The position numbers were made by a program, and so were the translations under genes. 64,000 nt of DNA from Elsinoe ampelina (Eukaryota). The notes under the pieces were generated by a model. It worked only from the letters and a program-made list of their open reading frames with translations, was not told the origin of the DNA and did not search any database. The stretch is taken from contig ML992506.1 of the NCBI GenBank assembly GCA_010093995.1, forward strand, positions 851,196 through 915,195. The letters are read 5' to 3'. Below are positions 35,561 through 49,468 of this stretch, piece by piece. The first letter of the stretch is position 1, and the number at the start of each line of letters is the position of its first letter.

Positions 35561-37881
35561 ATGGCTCCGATCACTCCCACACCCGAATGGGTCAAGAAAT
35601 TGAAGCCCTCCGGCCCGCAAGGCTCGGAGTTGCTTGCTCAAGAGCGCGCAAAGTCAAAGGTCGACACTGAGGGGCTGTCACGCTTCCTCTTCACACAGAC
35701 TGGTCTCGACCGCAAGAGGAAGATCCTAAACATCCTGAAGTCCGAGAAGGTATTCGACAAGTCACAGAATTACTTTGCCTCGCGAGTAGACAGATTCGAG
35801 ACTGCGCTTGCAAGGGCGAAGAAGCTCCGCCAGATCGCTGTGCACCACAACTGGACTCAGGAGGACAAGATTGTTGCCAATGATCTCATCTCTGAGCCAG
35901 GTCCATATGGTCTCCATGAGAGCATGTTCTTGGTAAGTCTCTCTTCCGACTCTACTACTTGTGGAGAGAGTCCGGCCCCCAAGTCGAGCCCCTATTCCGA
36001 GCAGCCGAGCTCCACGACTTGCAAAGTAGCTAAGCTAACGCGCATAGATCACACTTCGCGACCAAGGATCTCCCGAACAGCACGAATTGTTCCTCAAGAA
36101 AGCCCAGGCATATGAATACATTGGATGTTATGCTCAGACCGAGCTTGGTCACGGGTCGAACGTTCGCGGGCTTGAGACGACTGCAACATGGAATCCCGAG
36201 GACAAGACCTTCATTATTCACTCCCCCACATTGACCGCCTCCAAGTGGTGGATTGGTTCGCTTGGCCGTACAGCCAACCATGCCGTTGTCATGGCACAAC
36301 TCGTCATTGGAGGCAAGCCTTACGGCCCGCATCCTTTCATGGTTCAGATCAGAGATCTCAAGACACATAAGCCACTCGACAACATCCACGTAGGCGATTT
36401 GGGTCCAAAGGCCGGGTACAAGTGAGTTGAAAAGACAAACAATGTACAAGCAATCAGCTAACAGCTAATAGCACCATGGACAACGGTTTCCTGCTCTTCA
36501 ACAAGGTCAAGGTACCACACGTTTCCATGCTCGCCCGATTCTCCAGGGTCGATCCGGAGACAAGCCGCTACAGCCGCCCAGCCAACCCATCGCTCATCTA
36601 CGGCACGCTCACCTGGGTGCGCAGCACAATCGTCATGCAGGCTGGCGGTGTACTGGCCCGTGGTGTGACTATCGCCACACGCTATGCTGCTGTCCGTCGA
36701 CAGTTCCAGGACCGTGATGCACAAGATCAACGTTCCGAAACCCAAGTCCTCAACTATACTACTGTTCAGATCCGTCTCTTGACGCTTCTCGCGACGACAT
36801 TTGCTCTTCACTTCACTGGACGTGGAATGATGCAGCTCTATGAGGCCAGCCAGAAGAAGATGGCTGGCGATGCCGGCAAAGTCGGGGATGCGAAGAGAGG
36901 TGCAGGTCCAGAGGAGACCCACTCCGGTAGTGATCTTCTCGCCGATCTGCATGCCACATCCTGTGGTCTCAAGTCACTGGCTTCCAGTACGGCTGTAGAC
37001 GGCCTCGAAGTCTGCCGTCGCGCTTGCGGAGGACATGGATACAGCAGCTTTGCTGGCATCGCGTCCTGGTACTTGGATTATCTACCAACGGCTACCTGGG
37101 AGGGCGACAACTACATGTTGACTCAGCAGGTGGCGCGATACGTGAGTCCCTTTAGATCTCCAGCATCACATTCAGAACTAACAATTTCTAGCTCCTCAAG
37201 TCTGCACGCAGTGTCCTCAAGGGTGTTGAGCCCACCAACGACACCACCCACATCCTCAAGAACTTCTTGACAAAGAGCGACATGGGTGCTGCCTTTGACA
37301 TCCTCGGTAAGGACGAGGACTTGGTCGAGGCTTTCGCCTGGCGAAGCGCCTTCCTCACCTTCGAGGCTCTCAAGCACCGTGACGAGCAGAAGAAGTCATG
37401 GAACTCGCTCCTCGTCGACTTTTACCGCCTCAGCCGCGCTCACTCCCAGTACATGGTAGTCAAGAACTTCTACGAAGCCCTCAACGCTTCCGACGTCACC
37501 AGCTCTCTCGACCCCGAGACCCTCACTCTCATGCACAAGCTCTTCCGCCTCTATGCCCTCCACACTCTTGAGTCAGAGGCCAGCGAATTCTACACCTCCT
37601 CCGCCGTCACCGTCCGCCAGATCATGCTCGCCCGCACCAGCGCCGTCATGAAGTTGCTCGAGGAGATCCGCCCACACGCCGTCCGTCTCGTGGACGCATG
37701 GGACTTCCCTGACTGGCAGCTCGACAGCTCGCTCGGTCGTCACGATGGTAAAGTCTACGAGGACATGTTCTACCGCGCGAGCGAGCTGAACCCGCTCAAT
37801 GCTATCACTGTGGATCCCTATCCCAACAGTGATGTGCTGTTCAAGGAGGATAAGAGCAGGGACTTCAAGAGCAAGCTTTGA
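35561..37881 (+). CDS. POX1: Peroxisomal acyl-CoA oxidase; introns approx. 35933-36047, 36423-36471, 37139-37191
   Basis: GCYAQTELGHGSNVRGLETTA, KWWIG, MDNGFL, TIATRYAAVRRQF, CRRACGGHGY and TWEGDNYML. Ends in the PTS1 signal -SKL. Confidence 0.96.
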
Positions 37882-39226
37882 GTCAGGTGATGAAGCACAG
37901 TAGATTGGTGTGGAAATGCTTGTATACAGTTCGCATCAGCAATGAACTAAATTGTATAATCGTCTGCGACTTTCGACATCACAATTGCCTCACAAGGCAT
38001 GTACCATCATCGTGCGGTGGCGGGTCAATCGTGACGGGACTACAAGTTTTGGACGAGCCTGTCCACCGAACCCCTCCATCCCATCCCGTCGTCAAGAGTG
38101 ATCTGCAACACACCCATCGACACAGCAGCTCACCGGAACGGCACCCATCCCCCGGCTTGGTATCCCTCCTCCCTCCGTGCCAGCCAGCCACGGTACAGGG
38201 ATGATATGCACGAAGCACCGCTCCCCGTTGCGCTATCCCACGGAGACGTCTCCGCTCTCGCTTGTCATTCGTCCCCGAAGCGCGGCACACAGCCGCTAGC
38301 GCGCAGACGCGCGGGAGAGGGGATCCACTTCTACCGGTGAGTGATGACTCCACGGACTCCACGCATGCGTTCAAGGTTGTTGACGATGCTCATTTTTTGG
38401 ACACGTCAGATTTCTGGCTTTATCATCGGCGGACCAGGATTGCAATTTCCCCTTCCGTCTTGCAGCTCGTATGGGCAGAGATGTGCTGTGTTGTGTGACG
38501 ATTCTCTCTGCTGAGGCCGAAAGCGAGCATATTCTGGTTTGGTGCTGTCTAGGTACTCCGGCCCATCCTTTCTTTCTTCGTAATTTGGAAGACTGTGAAG
38601 TGCACGTTTTCGTTTGGTCGTCTGTCACACCTTCCGTCTTCCCTGCCAGTTCAGCTCCGACTACCAGATCCCCCTGGTTCTCAAGCAGCTCGAGCCATTC
38701 CAACACGCCCTCGACCTGCTTCCCCAGCCCATACCCGCCGTCGTCCCCGACCACTGTTCGCCGGCCACCCTCCGCCGTCAATACCTCTTCCAGGTCGCAA
38801 ACACCACACGTTGTCCTCTCCCACGCCCCATCCTACAGCCAGAACCCCAAGGGGCAACGGAAACACAGACAAACCCTCACCCACGGTCCCTCACGCTCCA
38901 CCCCAGCCACCACGCAACCCCCGCGCCCTACCTGGCACCGCATCCAAAACCCCACCCCCTCTCGGGTCTACCCAGGGCGGCGTGATGATGCGGTTCAGTG
39001 GCGGTGCTGACCTCGTGGAAGGGGGCTGATCCGCACTCGTGGCAGCGGATGGCGTAGAACAGGTGGTCTGACCGGCGTGGTCGGTGGCAATGTCGATTCA
39101 TTCTGGTCAAGGGTCGAGCAAATGATCGGGGTTTTCGTTACAACGATCCAAAGCAGCGATAGTGTCGTCCTCAAGTAGAGATATCTCACATTATTCTCAA
39201 TATCTACATCTCAGTCTTCCCTTACA

Positions 39227-42200
39227 TCATGCTGATGGCGTCGTCGGCGTCTCTTTGGCCTCGACAAACTCTTGATCAGGTGTGGTGCCACCTTCAGTCC
39301 GATCTGGGACGTCCAGAGTCTGAGCCTCCTCGCCTGCACTTTCCTCCTTGGACTCCTCAGCTGCCTTCTCCTCGCCGCTGCCATCTGCAACACCGTTCGT
39401 TTCCGGCTCGGTGGGAATGTACTCCTCGCCTCTCGCCCTGGCAGCCATGCGCTCGGCGAATTCCTTCCGCGCCCGCTCCTCCCTGATCTTTCTCATCCGC
39501 TCGACTTCCTCGATACCACCCGACTTTTTCAGCTTACCTTCCTCCACGAAAGAACCTAGCTCTTTCTGAAATTCACCCCCTTTCCTGTCCGCCAGCTCCT
39601 TCTGTCGAGCCTTCTCAGCCCTCTCGATCGCCTCCAGTCGTGTCTCGTGGTTAGGCCGCAGGGCCTTGACTTCGCCCAGGACACCATCCTTGGCCTTCTT
39701 CGGATCACCTCCCCCAGATAGCGTGAGTGGAACAAGTGTCCGACTGGGCGTCCTACCGCCATGACCTTTCGGATTGTCCAGATGCTGTTGGCGGGTGGCT
39801 TGCTCGACAAGTGCAAAAGTTTGCGCAGCCTTTTCGAGATCGTCCTCGAGATCGACACAAAGCTCCTCTTGCATGGTGAGCAGATCGCGGTCGTCGCACA
39901 CCACTTGGAGCTCCTTCTCCCAGATCTTGGTCCAGATGGGTTTCTCGCGCTTGAGATACTCTTGGAGCTTTTTGAGTTGAGATGTGGCCGTGGAAATTTC
40001 CTTGCTCACGGTCTCGAGTTGACGCGCAAGAGGACGAACTCCGCGAGTGACGACATCTTTGCGGAGATCCTCCACAATATCTTGCAAGTCGTCCACAGAG
40101 GTGACGATCTTCTCCGAGTCTTCTTGAAGCGTCTTCTTTCCAGTGTTGACGTACGCGCGTCCTGTGTCGGAGGTGAACTTGGGCGCAACAGCTTCGGCCG
40201 CTGTTGATTTGACAGAAGAGGCTTTGGTGCGTATAGTGGCCATAGACGCATTCATGTCTGAGACAAAAGCACTGTAGGTCTGTCGCACGACTGCCAGATC
40301 CCGACGAATAGCTTGCACCTCGCTCATCTGATCGGTGGCAGTCTTTGGCAAAAGAGCAGCCTTGGAAGCCGACATGGGTAACGATGGACGGGTCGGAGCT
40401 GCAGCGATACCTGCAATGTCTTTGGCTGCCTCCTGTTGACGATCCGAGACGAGCTGTAGCGCGGACTGCTGCTCATCCACTGCGGTCTTTAGACCTTCAA
40501 TCATCCGGCGCAGACCACCCATTCCGTCGTCAATATGCCTTTTGACTTCATCGAGAGCTTCGACATTGAGTACCAAAACAGATCTGTCTTTGATGTCCGT
40601 GAGATCCTCCAGTTCGTGACGGACGCCAGAGACCGGATCTTGAATGTAGATCTCTGGCAGATCGACACCATTGTTGTGTGTATTCCATGCAAACTTCTCG
40701 ATGAATGCAAGCTGTAGCCGGGCAACGGTCAAGTCTGCGCCGTCCGATAGGACGAATTTCTTGACCTTGGTCTTATATTGGAGGAATAGGGTAAGCTCTT
40801 TGCCAGCAACTGGAGAAGACTCTGGCACGAAGGGCTGGTTCGTCTGAGGAGGCGTCTTGACCCGGTCAGGGGCAGAAATGACAGAATCGATAGGCGTTGC
40901 TCGTTCAGTCGGGGGTTCCTCGGCTTCTGGAATGGGTGTTGGCGGAAGTGGAGTCGTGGTGGCGCCTGGCTTTCTTCCCTCTTCCGCACTCGAGTCCGGA
41001 AAGTAGCCAGACAACTTATCTTCTGGCGTCTTAGCGAGGGGGCTATTAAAGTCAAGCTTGAATTCCTGATCTGGCTGAATGACTTTCTGTGATTGTGGTG
41101 GTTCCTGACTTTCTTTCCTGAGAGGTGAAGAGTCGTCCCGGACGCAGTACGCTGACCGGTTTCTACTATGCATGTGCTGGCCTCGATTCCGGACTGCGTT
41201 CATGGATTCTTGAGCCTCTCGTCCCCTATTCGGGATTGGCGAGTGTTGTGCTGGTGGAATCATTGCTACTCCATTCGTGGATCCAAGGTGTTTCTGGATC
41301 TGGTATGCTGAAAATCGCCTCGAGGCCCTTCTCTCCAATTCGCCGCCTCTTTGTAACGCCGCCAGAGCATCCTTCTGCATCGGTGGCTGCTTCGGGGGAG
41401 GAGCTGGGGGAGGCGGAGTCGTTTCTTCGGACGTGTTGGGCGGCGGCGCGGGCATGGAGTCCTCTTGAGGATAAGGCGTTACTACAGGCAAGTTTTGCAT
41501 AGTGTTGCTCGACATTGAAGACGTAGTGGAGTCGTTTGTATCTCGGCTAGACTCTCGCGGTTTATGCATGCTGTTGCTTGGACTGAATCCATCTCTTCGT
41601 GGTGATGTCCGACCCGGCTGCGATTGTACTGACGTGGTCCGTGGAGGGAGTTCGGGACTATTGATATCTCCACTGCCATGTCTCTGAGCAAATGATCGGC
41701 TGCTATGCGACACTCGTTGAGCAGCATCATCCAATGTCTGGGTCATTGTGGTATCCGTGCTGCCATTGCTAGCCGTGCTGACCTGCCTGGTCGAAGATGG
41801 GCCGTCACGAGAGCTACTGCTTCCAGGTTGGCCTGTTTTCTGTCTTAATCGGGACTGCTTCTTTTTCAGGCCGTGCAAGAGATTGATGATGATGTCCCGT
41901 ATTCGTGGGAGAAATTTGTCCAGACTTGCTTGCGATGCTTCCTGACTGAGGGTCTCCTCCAGTATCGATCTCAGCAGGTCTGGTACCGGGCCGAGGTCGT
42001 TTGTTTCGACACCTATGCTGTTGAAGGCCCTACATGCTATGTTGAACTCGTATCCCAATCGCACATAGACATCTGAGACTTCTGTTTCGTTGGATGATCC
42101 TCTCGACCACATGGTCAAGGTTTCGAGCAATTGCTTTGTGGCGACGAGAAGGTGTGTGACGCTCTTTTCAATCTGGGACAGTTGCTGTTGCGGCTAGGCC

Positions 42201-42330
42201 AATCATTAGATTTGGGGGCTTGTATGCATATGTTGCTGGCTCTTACATTCCCTCTTGATCTGCTGCTGCTACCCCCCGAGGTCCTTCCTGATCCTGAGGA
42301 GGAGCGCTGCTGTGGCACTTCGGACGCCAT
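39227..42330 (-). CDS. BUD6: Actin-interacting polarisome protein Bud6/Aip3; exons 42330-42247 and 42193-39227
   Basis: QLSQIEKSVTHLLVATKQLLETLT, LERRASRRFSAYQI, LFLQYKTKVKK, DLQDIVEDLRKDVVTRGVRP and EKPIWTKIWEKELQ. Confidence 0.95.
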
Positions 42331-43512
42331 GATTGCTTCGGGGGTCGCAGTGGGTGTTAGAGCTGGGTGTTATCGCAGAGAATTGGATGATGTCGCTGAA
42401 AGAGTATCAATGAAGAGAAGAAGACATCAGCGACAGAACTGTACAAGCGAAGGAATTAGAATTAAGGCGGCTGGCTGGAGCAAAAAAAGTGGCAGCACAT
42501 GACTTAGTTGAGGCTGCTTTACAGGTTGCTTCCCTTTCCAGATGCTGTGAGGTGATGACAGGGCGGAACGCGGACCGCCAAGCACGTGCTCCCTTTTGGG
42601 GCCGCCTCTGCTGTCTCGCTTGTCCTTCCAGTTCATCACGTCGATTCGGCTCGTTTGCCGCGCCCTTTGATCAGAGCGAGGCTGCGTGAGTTTGGTACGG
42701 TCTATCCGTCCCTGTATTGCTTGTTTGTCTCTCTCAATCTCTATCGCTCTTAATCTGCATGTGTAATATTGCTCGACAATAATTTGACCAGGGAGAGCGC
42801 TGCGAATCGGCAGGGTACACAGATGCACCGAGCTTTCGCTGGAGCTTCGTCCTCTTTCACAGCTTCTCACGTGCCTTCAGTACAAGCCATTGCCGTGCAT
42901 CCATCCCAGTTTCTACTTGCTGTGGTGACTTTGACTTGCATAATCCAGCTATCTGTACACCCTCCAAGCTCCAAATAATTCGTCCCACGTGTCCATCTGG
43001 ACTGTCCCGACTCTTGACTCGTTCCCCCCAAATCTGAAATTCCGCAGGGTCAAGCCCGAAATCCACAAACCGGATCGCGCCTGTTAGTTCCCGAGCCTCT
43101 GCTAGGACCTTTGAGACGACCGAGACGACTGCGTCGACACAGACACATTGTCAATCTTGCTCGCCCATTCCGTCACTCTGTCTTTCGTCAACTTCGAAAA
43201 CAGCAAAGTTTCAATCATTGACGTCGTTAGCTTACATCTACACGTTCTGCGCTCGACGTTTGCAACGCACCTAACCCTTAGCTTTGTCACCTGGGAGCTG
43301 GACTTCGCGGCCAGGCATTCGATTGCTCTGAACGCCGGGATCCCACAACCTACAGGAGCTTCAAGCATTCGAGAGCATCTAGTTGTCGCTGGCTCTCAAG
43401 AGGGGGTGGCTTCACTTGGGGGTGTATGGCAGCGTGCTCCTGCAGCTGACACGACGCTTCTGATTGAGACCTCCGCCGGCGGCACGTCTAAAATCACCAC
43501 ACGATACACAAT

Positions 43513-46500
43513 ATGAGCCCAGCAAAGTCCTCGGAAGATGCGCGCAAACAGTCCTCCACAGCCGACGATGGTTCTTCCTCCAGGTAAGTGTTTCCCTGCA
43601 AGAGTAGCTTGAATTGGTTGCCGTCAATCCGCTCTGGAGCTTCACGACAGCTTCATGAATAATTGCTCAACCTTGATCCCTTGCACCAGGTCTTGCAACG
43701 ACTCGCATTGCCTCTAAGCTGACCATACTATAGCAGAACCACTGCTCCCAAGGCCTGGACCACGGGCACGAATCCAATAACCCAGCGACCGAGCGGGTCG
43801 ACACCAGTCAATGGCATGGCAAATGGCCATGCGCAAGAGCATGGCAAATCAAGCACAAAGAGCAACCAGTCAGCAGACAAACATGCACACGATCGCTTGC
43901 TCTTCCTCTACGCGAACTTTGTCGTCCGTACCACTTGTGCCGGCATAAAAACATACTTACTAACACTGGCAGGGTCTTGATACTGTGCTCACCTTAAAGT
44001 CTGGCGAGCAATTTGAGGGCGTCTTCTCGGGGGCCACAACACAGAACAACGAAGCACGATACCATCTCAAGATGGTACGCCGACTGAATGCACCATCTCA
44101 GCAAGCGAACGGTAGTTCCGCATCGGTAGGGTCCTTCATTGGCGAGGGAGAGGATCATTCAATGGCTTTCGACGTCAACGACACCGTCGATTTAGCAGTT
44201 CAGCGTGTGCCAATCGGTGGTAGCACTTCTCGAGCCACGAACGGTATTGTCATGCCCGGCTTCAACAAAAGTCCCCAGACTGACAGAAATAGGTGCCGGC
44301 TTCAGGACTGATGTCGAAATCTCGGGAAACCTCGACGTAAGAGAAAAGGTCTTGCAAAGGTGGGAGCCTGGACCAGAAGATGGTAGCTTGTCACTCAACC
44401 AAGACGAGTCTCTCGGATCAGGATCGTGGGACCAGTTCGCTGCCAACGAAAAGCTATACAACGTCCGCAGTGACTACGACGAGGACATGTACACCACGTC
44501 CATCGACAAGACCAATCCTCGCTATAGGCAAATTGCCGACCGCGCCGAACGCCTTGCCCGGGAGATGGAAAAGGACGGCGAGTCGCGGAAAGTTGTCGAC
44601 TCTGGTCTGGATGAAGAAGACAAGTGAGCGGATTTCTACCTTTCCCCCATGTCAGCTGGCTAAATCTCGAACAGATACAGTGGCGTCCGCAGAGATACAC
44701 CATCGCTAGGATCATCCGGACCAAATGCCTACGTTCCGCCGTCCAAACGAGCCATCACCAATAAGCCGACAGTGTCCGGCGCTCCTTTCGACCCGGCTAT
44801 CATATCGTCGCAGCTAGCCAGACCCAATAGTGGATCCGATGCCAAGAAGGTCACGGAGAAGCCGTCAGAAAAGCAAGCAAACACAGAAGCAACTGCACCA
44901 GCCGTGTCACAATCCGTCAAGGACTCTGTAGCGAGGTCGCTCGCCGCCAATCCCACGAACGGCCCGGCGGCAAAGATCGCAGCTCCGAGAGCACCATCAG
45001 CAGCGGAAGCATCAGCCAGTGCGGCTTCTAAAGCTGCCGCGGAGAATGGTGAGAACATTATGCGCGATGTTCACGATGCTTTTAAGCAGTTCACGTCAGC
45101 CGAAAAGCTTCGCATTCAGCAGCAACAGAGACAGCACCAACAACAGAGAGCAAGTCATGCAAGGCAAGAAAAGTCTGTCAAGCTTAACGACCTTAAAAAG
45201 TTCTCCCAGAACTTTAAACTTCATTCTCGGGTTCCTGAAGACCTCGTCCCCATTCTTGCCAAATCAAAAGAGAAGCAGGAATCCATCAAGGCCAAAGCTG
45301 ATCAGCACGCTCGCGAACGAGAGGAGAGACGTGCTCAAGGCGTTGTGACACCACCCAGCGCCTCAAAGGCAGAGTCATCACAGCAAGCGCAACGTCCTGC
45401 GCAGACCACAGAGACCCTCCCAGATCCAGCACCCCAGATGAGTACCCGCACAAGAAGCCAGCAGCAAGGAAGGGCCCAGAATGGTCCCACACAGCAGGGT
45501 CCTCGCGTTCCAGGAGGATTCAACCAGCGTACTCAAATGCCCTACAGACAGACTCCCAACGGTGGGATCCCAGCACCAATCCCCATTCCTCAAGTCACGC
45601 CCGGGCAGACCGACAATCGTGTTCTAAGCCCGACGTCAGCCACTTCTATCAAGTTCAACGCCAATGCGATGGAATTCAGGCCAAACCCGTCAGCAAGCAC
45701 CTTCACGCCAACTGCACCAGCCACTGAAGCACCGGCGTCCAAACGCCCGAGCGTAGTCTCCCCACCTCCAGCAGCTCCTGTTGCGACTCCTCCAGTTACG
45801 GAGTTCTTTCCATCGTCTGCCAGGAAAAGTAAATTGGCAGACGGCAAATGGGAGTCTACCACTGCGACTTGCTTCTCAACCGTCAAGCGTCTGTACGAGC
45901 AGAACAGCGACGACTCGAAGCGCGCGCAATATGCTGCTAATGGTGGCATACCTCAAGGATATCGCACCTCGCCTGTCTGGGATTACCCAGAAGCAAATTC
46001 GGAGAAATCCTATGTTGACTTCTACGCGCGGTCGATCAACCATCCTCCACCGTCGCCGATGCATGCAGTGCAAAATGGTGCGATGCCGCATCAACACCAG
46101 CTCCCGCTCCACTTGCAGAATGGCGGATCGGGTATGCAACAGACACCACCATTCTATCGTGGTCAAGCCCAGCAAAACGGCCAACAACCAATGGACGATG
46201 GACGCATGCCTTCCTACTCTTCGACCTCTTCAGTCCAGCCGTCTCCACGTATGGCTCAGCCCCCAATGGCGTATAACGCTCAGGCACAAGCGCACATGGG
46301 CTATCCATATCCCATGGGTGCGAACGGTATGAGTCCTGGTATGGGAATGCGGCCAGTGCCGGCAGGAGCTCAGTATATGACACCGCAAGGGGCACCAATG
46401 GGAGGACACATGATGGTTCAGCAGCCGTCCAACGGACCATACATGGGTCATCCAGGGCAAGGACAGGTGCATATGTACCCTTCGCCAGGACCCAGTCACG

Positions 46501-46927
46501 TTCAGCCACACTTTGGCGGTCATCCGGGTCAGCCAGGGATGCCAGGTGGGTACTCCGGTAGCCCACGTGCGCATCCTATGAGCCACCAAGGATCTCAACA
46601 AGGTCATACCCCGCAACAAATGTTCATGATGCCTGGTCAAGGAGCGCCAATGATGATGATGCCGCAACATGGCGGTCACAGTAAGTAATAAAATCTTCCA
46701 CTCAAGATCATGACTGATATGTCCCAGTGGGCCCAATGCGTTATGGACAACCTCAGTTTCAAGGGCAGCACCCAGGCAATGCCTACGCCATGCAGCAACG
46801 AGCCATGTCCAGCGGAGGATACACCCAACACATGACTCCGCGCCAGCAGCACGCTGTGCCCCATCAAGGACAGATGGCACCACAGATGCATCCGTCCGCC
46901 TCGACCAACGGCGAAGAAGGACGATGA
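43513..46927 (+). CDS. PBP1: Poly(A)-binding-protein-binding protein Pbp1 (ataxin-2 homologue), about 6 exons
   Basis: KAWTTGTNPITQR, Lsm domain (LKSGEQFEGVFSG), LsmAD (WDQFAANEKLYNVRSDYDEDMYTTSID...LDEEDKYSGV), PAM2-like KFNANAMEFRP and a Met/Gln/Pro-rich tail. Confidence 0.93.
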
Positions 46928-47654
46928 TGAGACAGCAAGCAAGGCAGGGCTAGCATCGACAACGGCGCCACGGATTCGGTTCACTCGCCAGCATATTTAT
47001 CCGACATTATGCTCGGCGTCAACTGCTGCGTTCAAGCGAGCATTTGTGACGCATATGAGGCTGACTGCATATTGCAGTCAGGCCCTCGAAAGCTGAAAAG
47101 GCAGCAGGGTGAATTGAAGGATGTCCGTGTTGCTACGCAGCAGGTTCTGGACATTTTGGGGTTGTGGACAAGGTTGGCAACGAAGTTCGAGAAGGACGCG
47201 AAGGCACGGTGATGGAAGCGGACCAAACGTCAAAAGGATGAAGCCAAGTCCGCGAGTGTCCTGTGACTGGCCGTGGGCGAGAAGAGGGACAAGCGACATA
47301 TACTTAGCTACTCGACAATCGATGGTATGTCGCATGAATCGATGATGCCAAAGACGTGTTCGTGAAAGTGGTGGTACTATGTATATTGACGGGATCCGTA
47401 CTTGCTCCTATCTCGTACCAACCCGACATTGATGCTTCCACAACGCCAAACGAAGATTGTGCTCTCCTAGAGAGATCTCCAGGACGGAGGACAAGGCCTG
47501 TACCTGACGATCTCGCGGCTGGAACCCCAGATCGGCATTTCCGGCCGAACCACTCCTCCCAAGCCGCGAACCTCCTTCCACGTTGCGGCTCAAAGCCTCG
47601 CGCATGACCCACCATCCGTCGCCGCGACTTTCTCCCCCTTCCACGGAAACCCGC

Positions 47655-49369
47655 ATGACCTCCCTCCCTCGCCTCAACACAAACATCAATGGCAACGACC
47701 CACCCACCTCATCAACCTCAATAGCCATGACAACACTCACACGCAACTCCTCCTTCTCCCCGCTGCTCTCCTCGCCCTCCTCCCCCTCCCACTCCACGCC
47801 CACCGACGCCCTCCCCTCCCCGATCACGACCCCCCCATCCACCTCCCCCCGCACAACCGCGCTCCTCGTCCTCACCGCCTCCCTCTCCGGCCTCCTCTTC
47901 GGCTACGACACAGGCATCATCTCCTCCACGCTCCTCCACCTGGGATCCAGCTTCCCCCTCTCCACATGGGACAAAAGCCTGATCACATCGTGCACGTCGC
48001 TGTCCGCGCTGCTGGCGTCACCGCTCGCGGCGCCGTTGGCGGACACTTTGGGGAGGAAGAGGGTGATCCTCGCGTCTTGCGTGCTGTTCGTGCTCGGGGC
48101 GGGGACGCAGGCCGTCGCGCAAGGGGTGGCGGGGATGGTGGTGGGGAGGAGTATAGTGGGGTTGGCGGTCGGAGGGGCCAGTGCGACGGTGCCGGTTTAT
48201 GTTTCCGAGATTGCGCCTGCGGAGTCAAGGGGGAGGTTGGTGACGGTGCAGAGCTTGTTTATCACGGGGGGCCAGGTGGTGGCGTATTTGGTTGGGTGGG
48301 GGACGGGGCCGCATTGGCGGTGGGCGGTTGGGATGGGGGCGCTGCCGGCGTTGGTGCAAGGGGTGTTGATGGGGGGATTGGTGGAGAGTCCGAGGTTTTT
48401 GGTCATGAGGGGGAGGGAGGAGGAGGCGGGGAGGGTGTTGGGGGGGCTGCAGGGGGTGGAGGATGTGGGGGAGGTGGTGGGGCGGATCAAGCAGGAGGTA
48501 CGAGAGATCGGGAAGGGAGGGTGGAGGAATGCGATGAAGGAGTTGCTCCGGGTAGGGGGCAACAGGAGGGCGTTGACGATTGCGTGTGGCTTGCAAGGGC
48601 TGCAGCAGCTTTGTGGATTCGTAAGCCCCCTCATCGTCCCATTCTTCCCTTTGCTCTCCCATACTGATACCCGCAGAACGTCCTCATGTACTTCTCCGCC
48701 ACCATCTTCTCCCTCGTCGGCTTCTCCTCCCCCGTCACAGCCTCCCTCTCCATCGCACTGACCAACTTCCTCGCCACCCTCATCGCTTTCTCCCTCATCG
48801 ACGCCATCGGCCGTCGCCGCATCCTCCTCCTCAGCATACCCTTCATAGTCATCGGCCTGGTCCTCTGCGCTGTCTGCTTCGTCTACCTCCCTACCGACGC
48901 GAGCCATGCCTCGCCTTCCCCGTCGTTGTCGCCGGCTATGATCTCGCGTGCGTTGGAGGGGTGGTCGTTGTCGAGTCTTCCACTAGCGTTGGTGGTGAGT
49001 TTGATCTTGTTCGTGGCGGCGTATGCGTTGGGGTTGGGGTGTGTGCCTTGGCAGCAGTCGGAGCTGTTCCCGTTGCAGGTGCGTAGTCTGGGGTCCGGGT
49101 TGGCGACGGCGACGAATTGGAGTAGTAATTTTGTGGTGGGGATATCGTTTTTGCCGATGATGGAGACGCTGGGGGCGCCGGTGACGTTTGGGTTGTATGC
49201 CCTTGTTTGTGTGGCGGGATGGTTTGGGGTTTGGGGGTTCTACCCGGAGACCGCAGGGATGGAACTTGAGGATGTCGGGGAATTGTTGGCTGATGGGTGG
49301 GGAGTGGAGGGTACAAGGAGAGGAATGGGGCATGTGAGGGTACCTACGGAGGAGCCGGACGGGCCGTAG
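47655..49369 (+). CDS. MFS sugar-porter family transporter, myo-inositol transporter-like; intron 48621-48676; start may be 47604
   Basis: SGLLFGYDTGIIS, DTLGRKRVI, VYVSEIAPAESRGRLVT, LQGLQQLCGFNVLMYFS, VPWQQSELFPLQVR and YPETAG. Confidence 0.92.
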
Positions 49370-49468
49370 AAGGCTACATTGGACTGGCATCGCATAGCGT
49401 GGCTTGAATGGGATTCATTACGACCTCATCTGCCCTTTTTGGCCTCAAAGATCTCTGGGTGCAAGGAG

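Noticed and set aside
39030..39060. IRCHECG as RNA polymerase subunit Rpb12
   Set aside because: The first Zn knuckle and the RILYKxRT tail of Rpb12 are absent.
47408..49390. Many overlapping Gly-, Pro- or His-rich ORFs over the MFS gene
   Set aside because: By-products of the extreme C/G skew, which removes stop codons in alternative frames.
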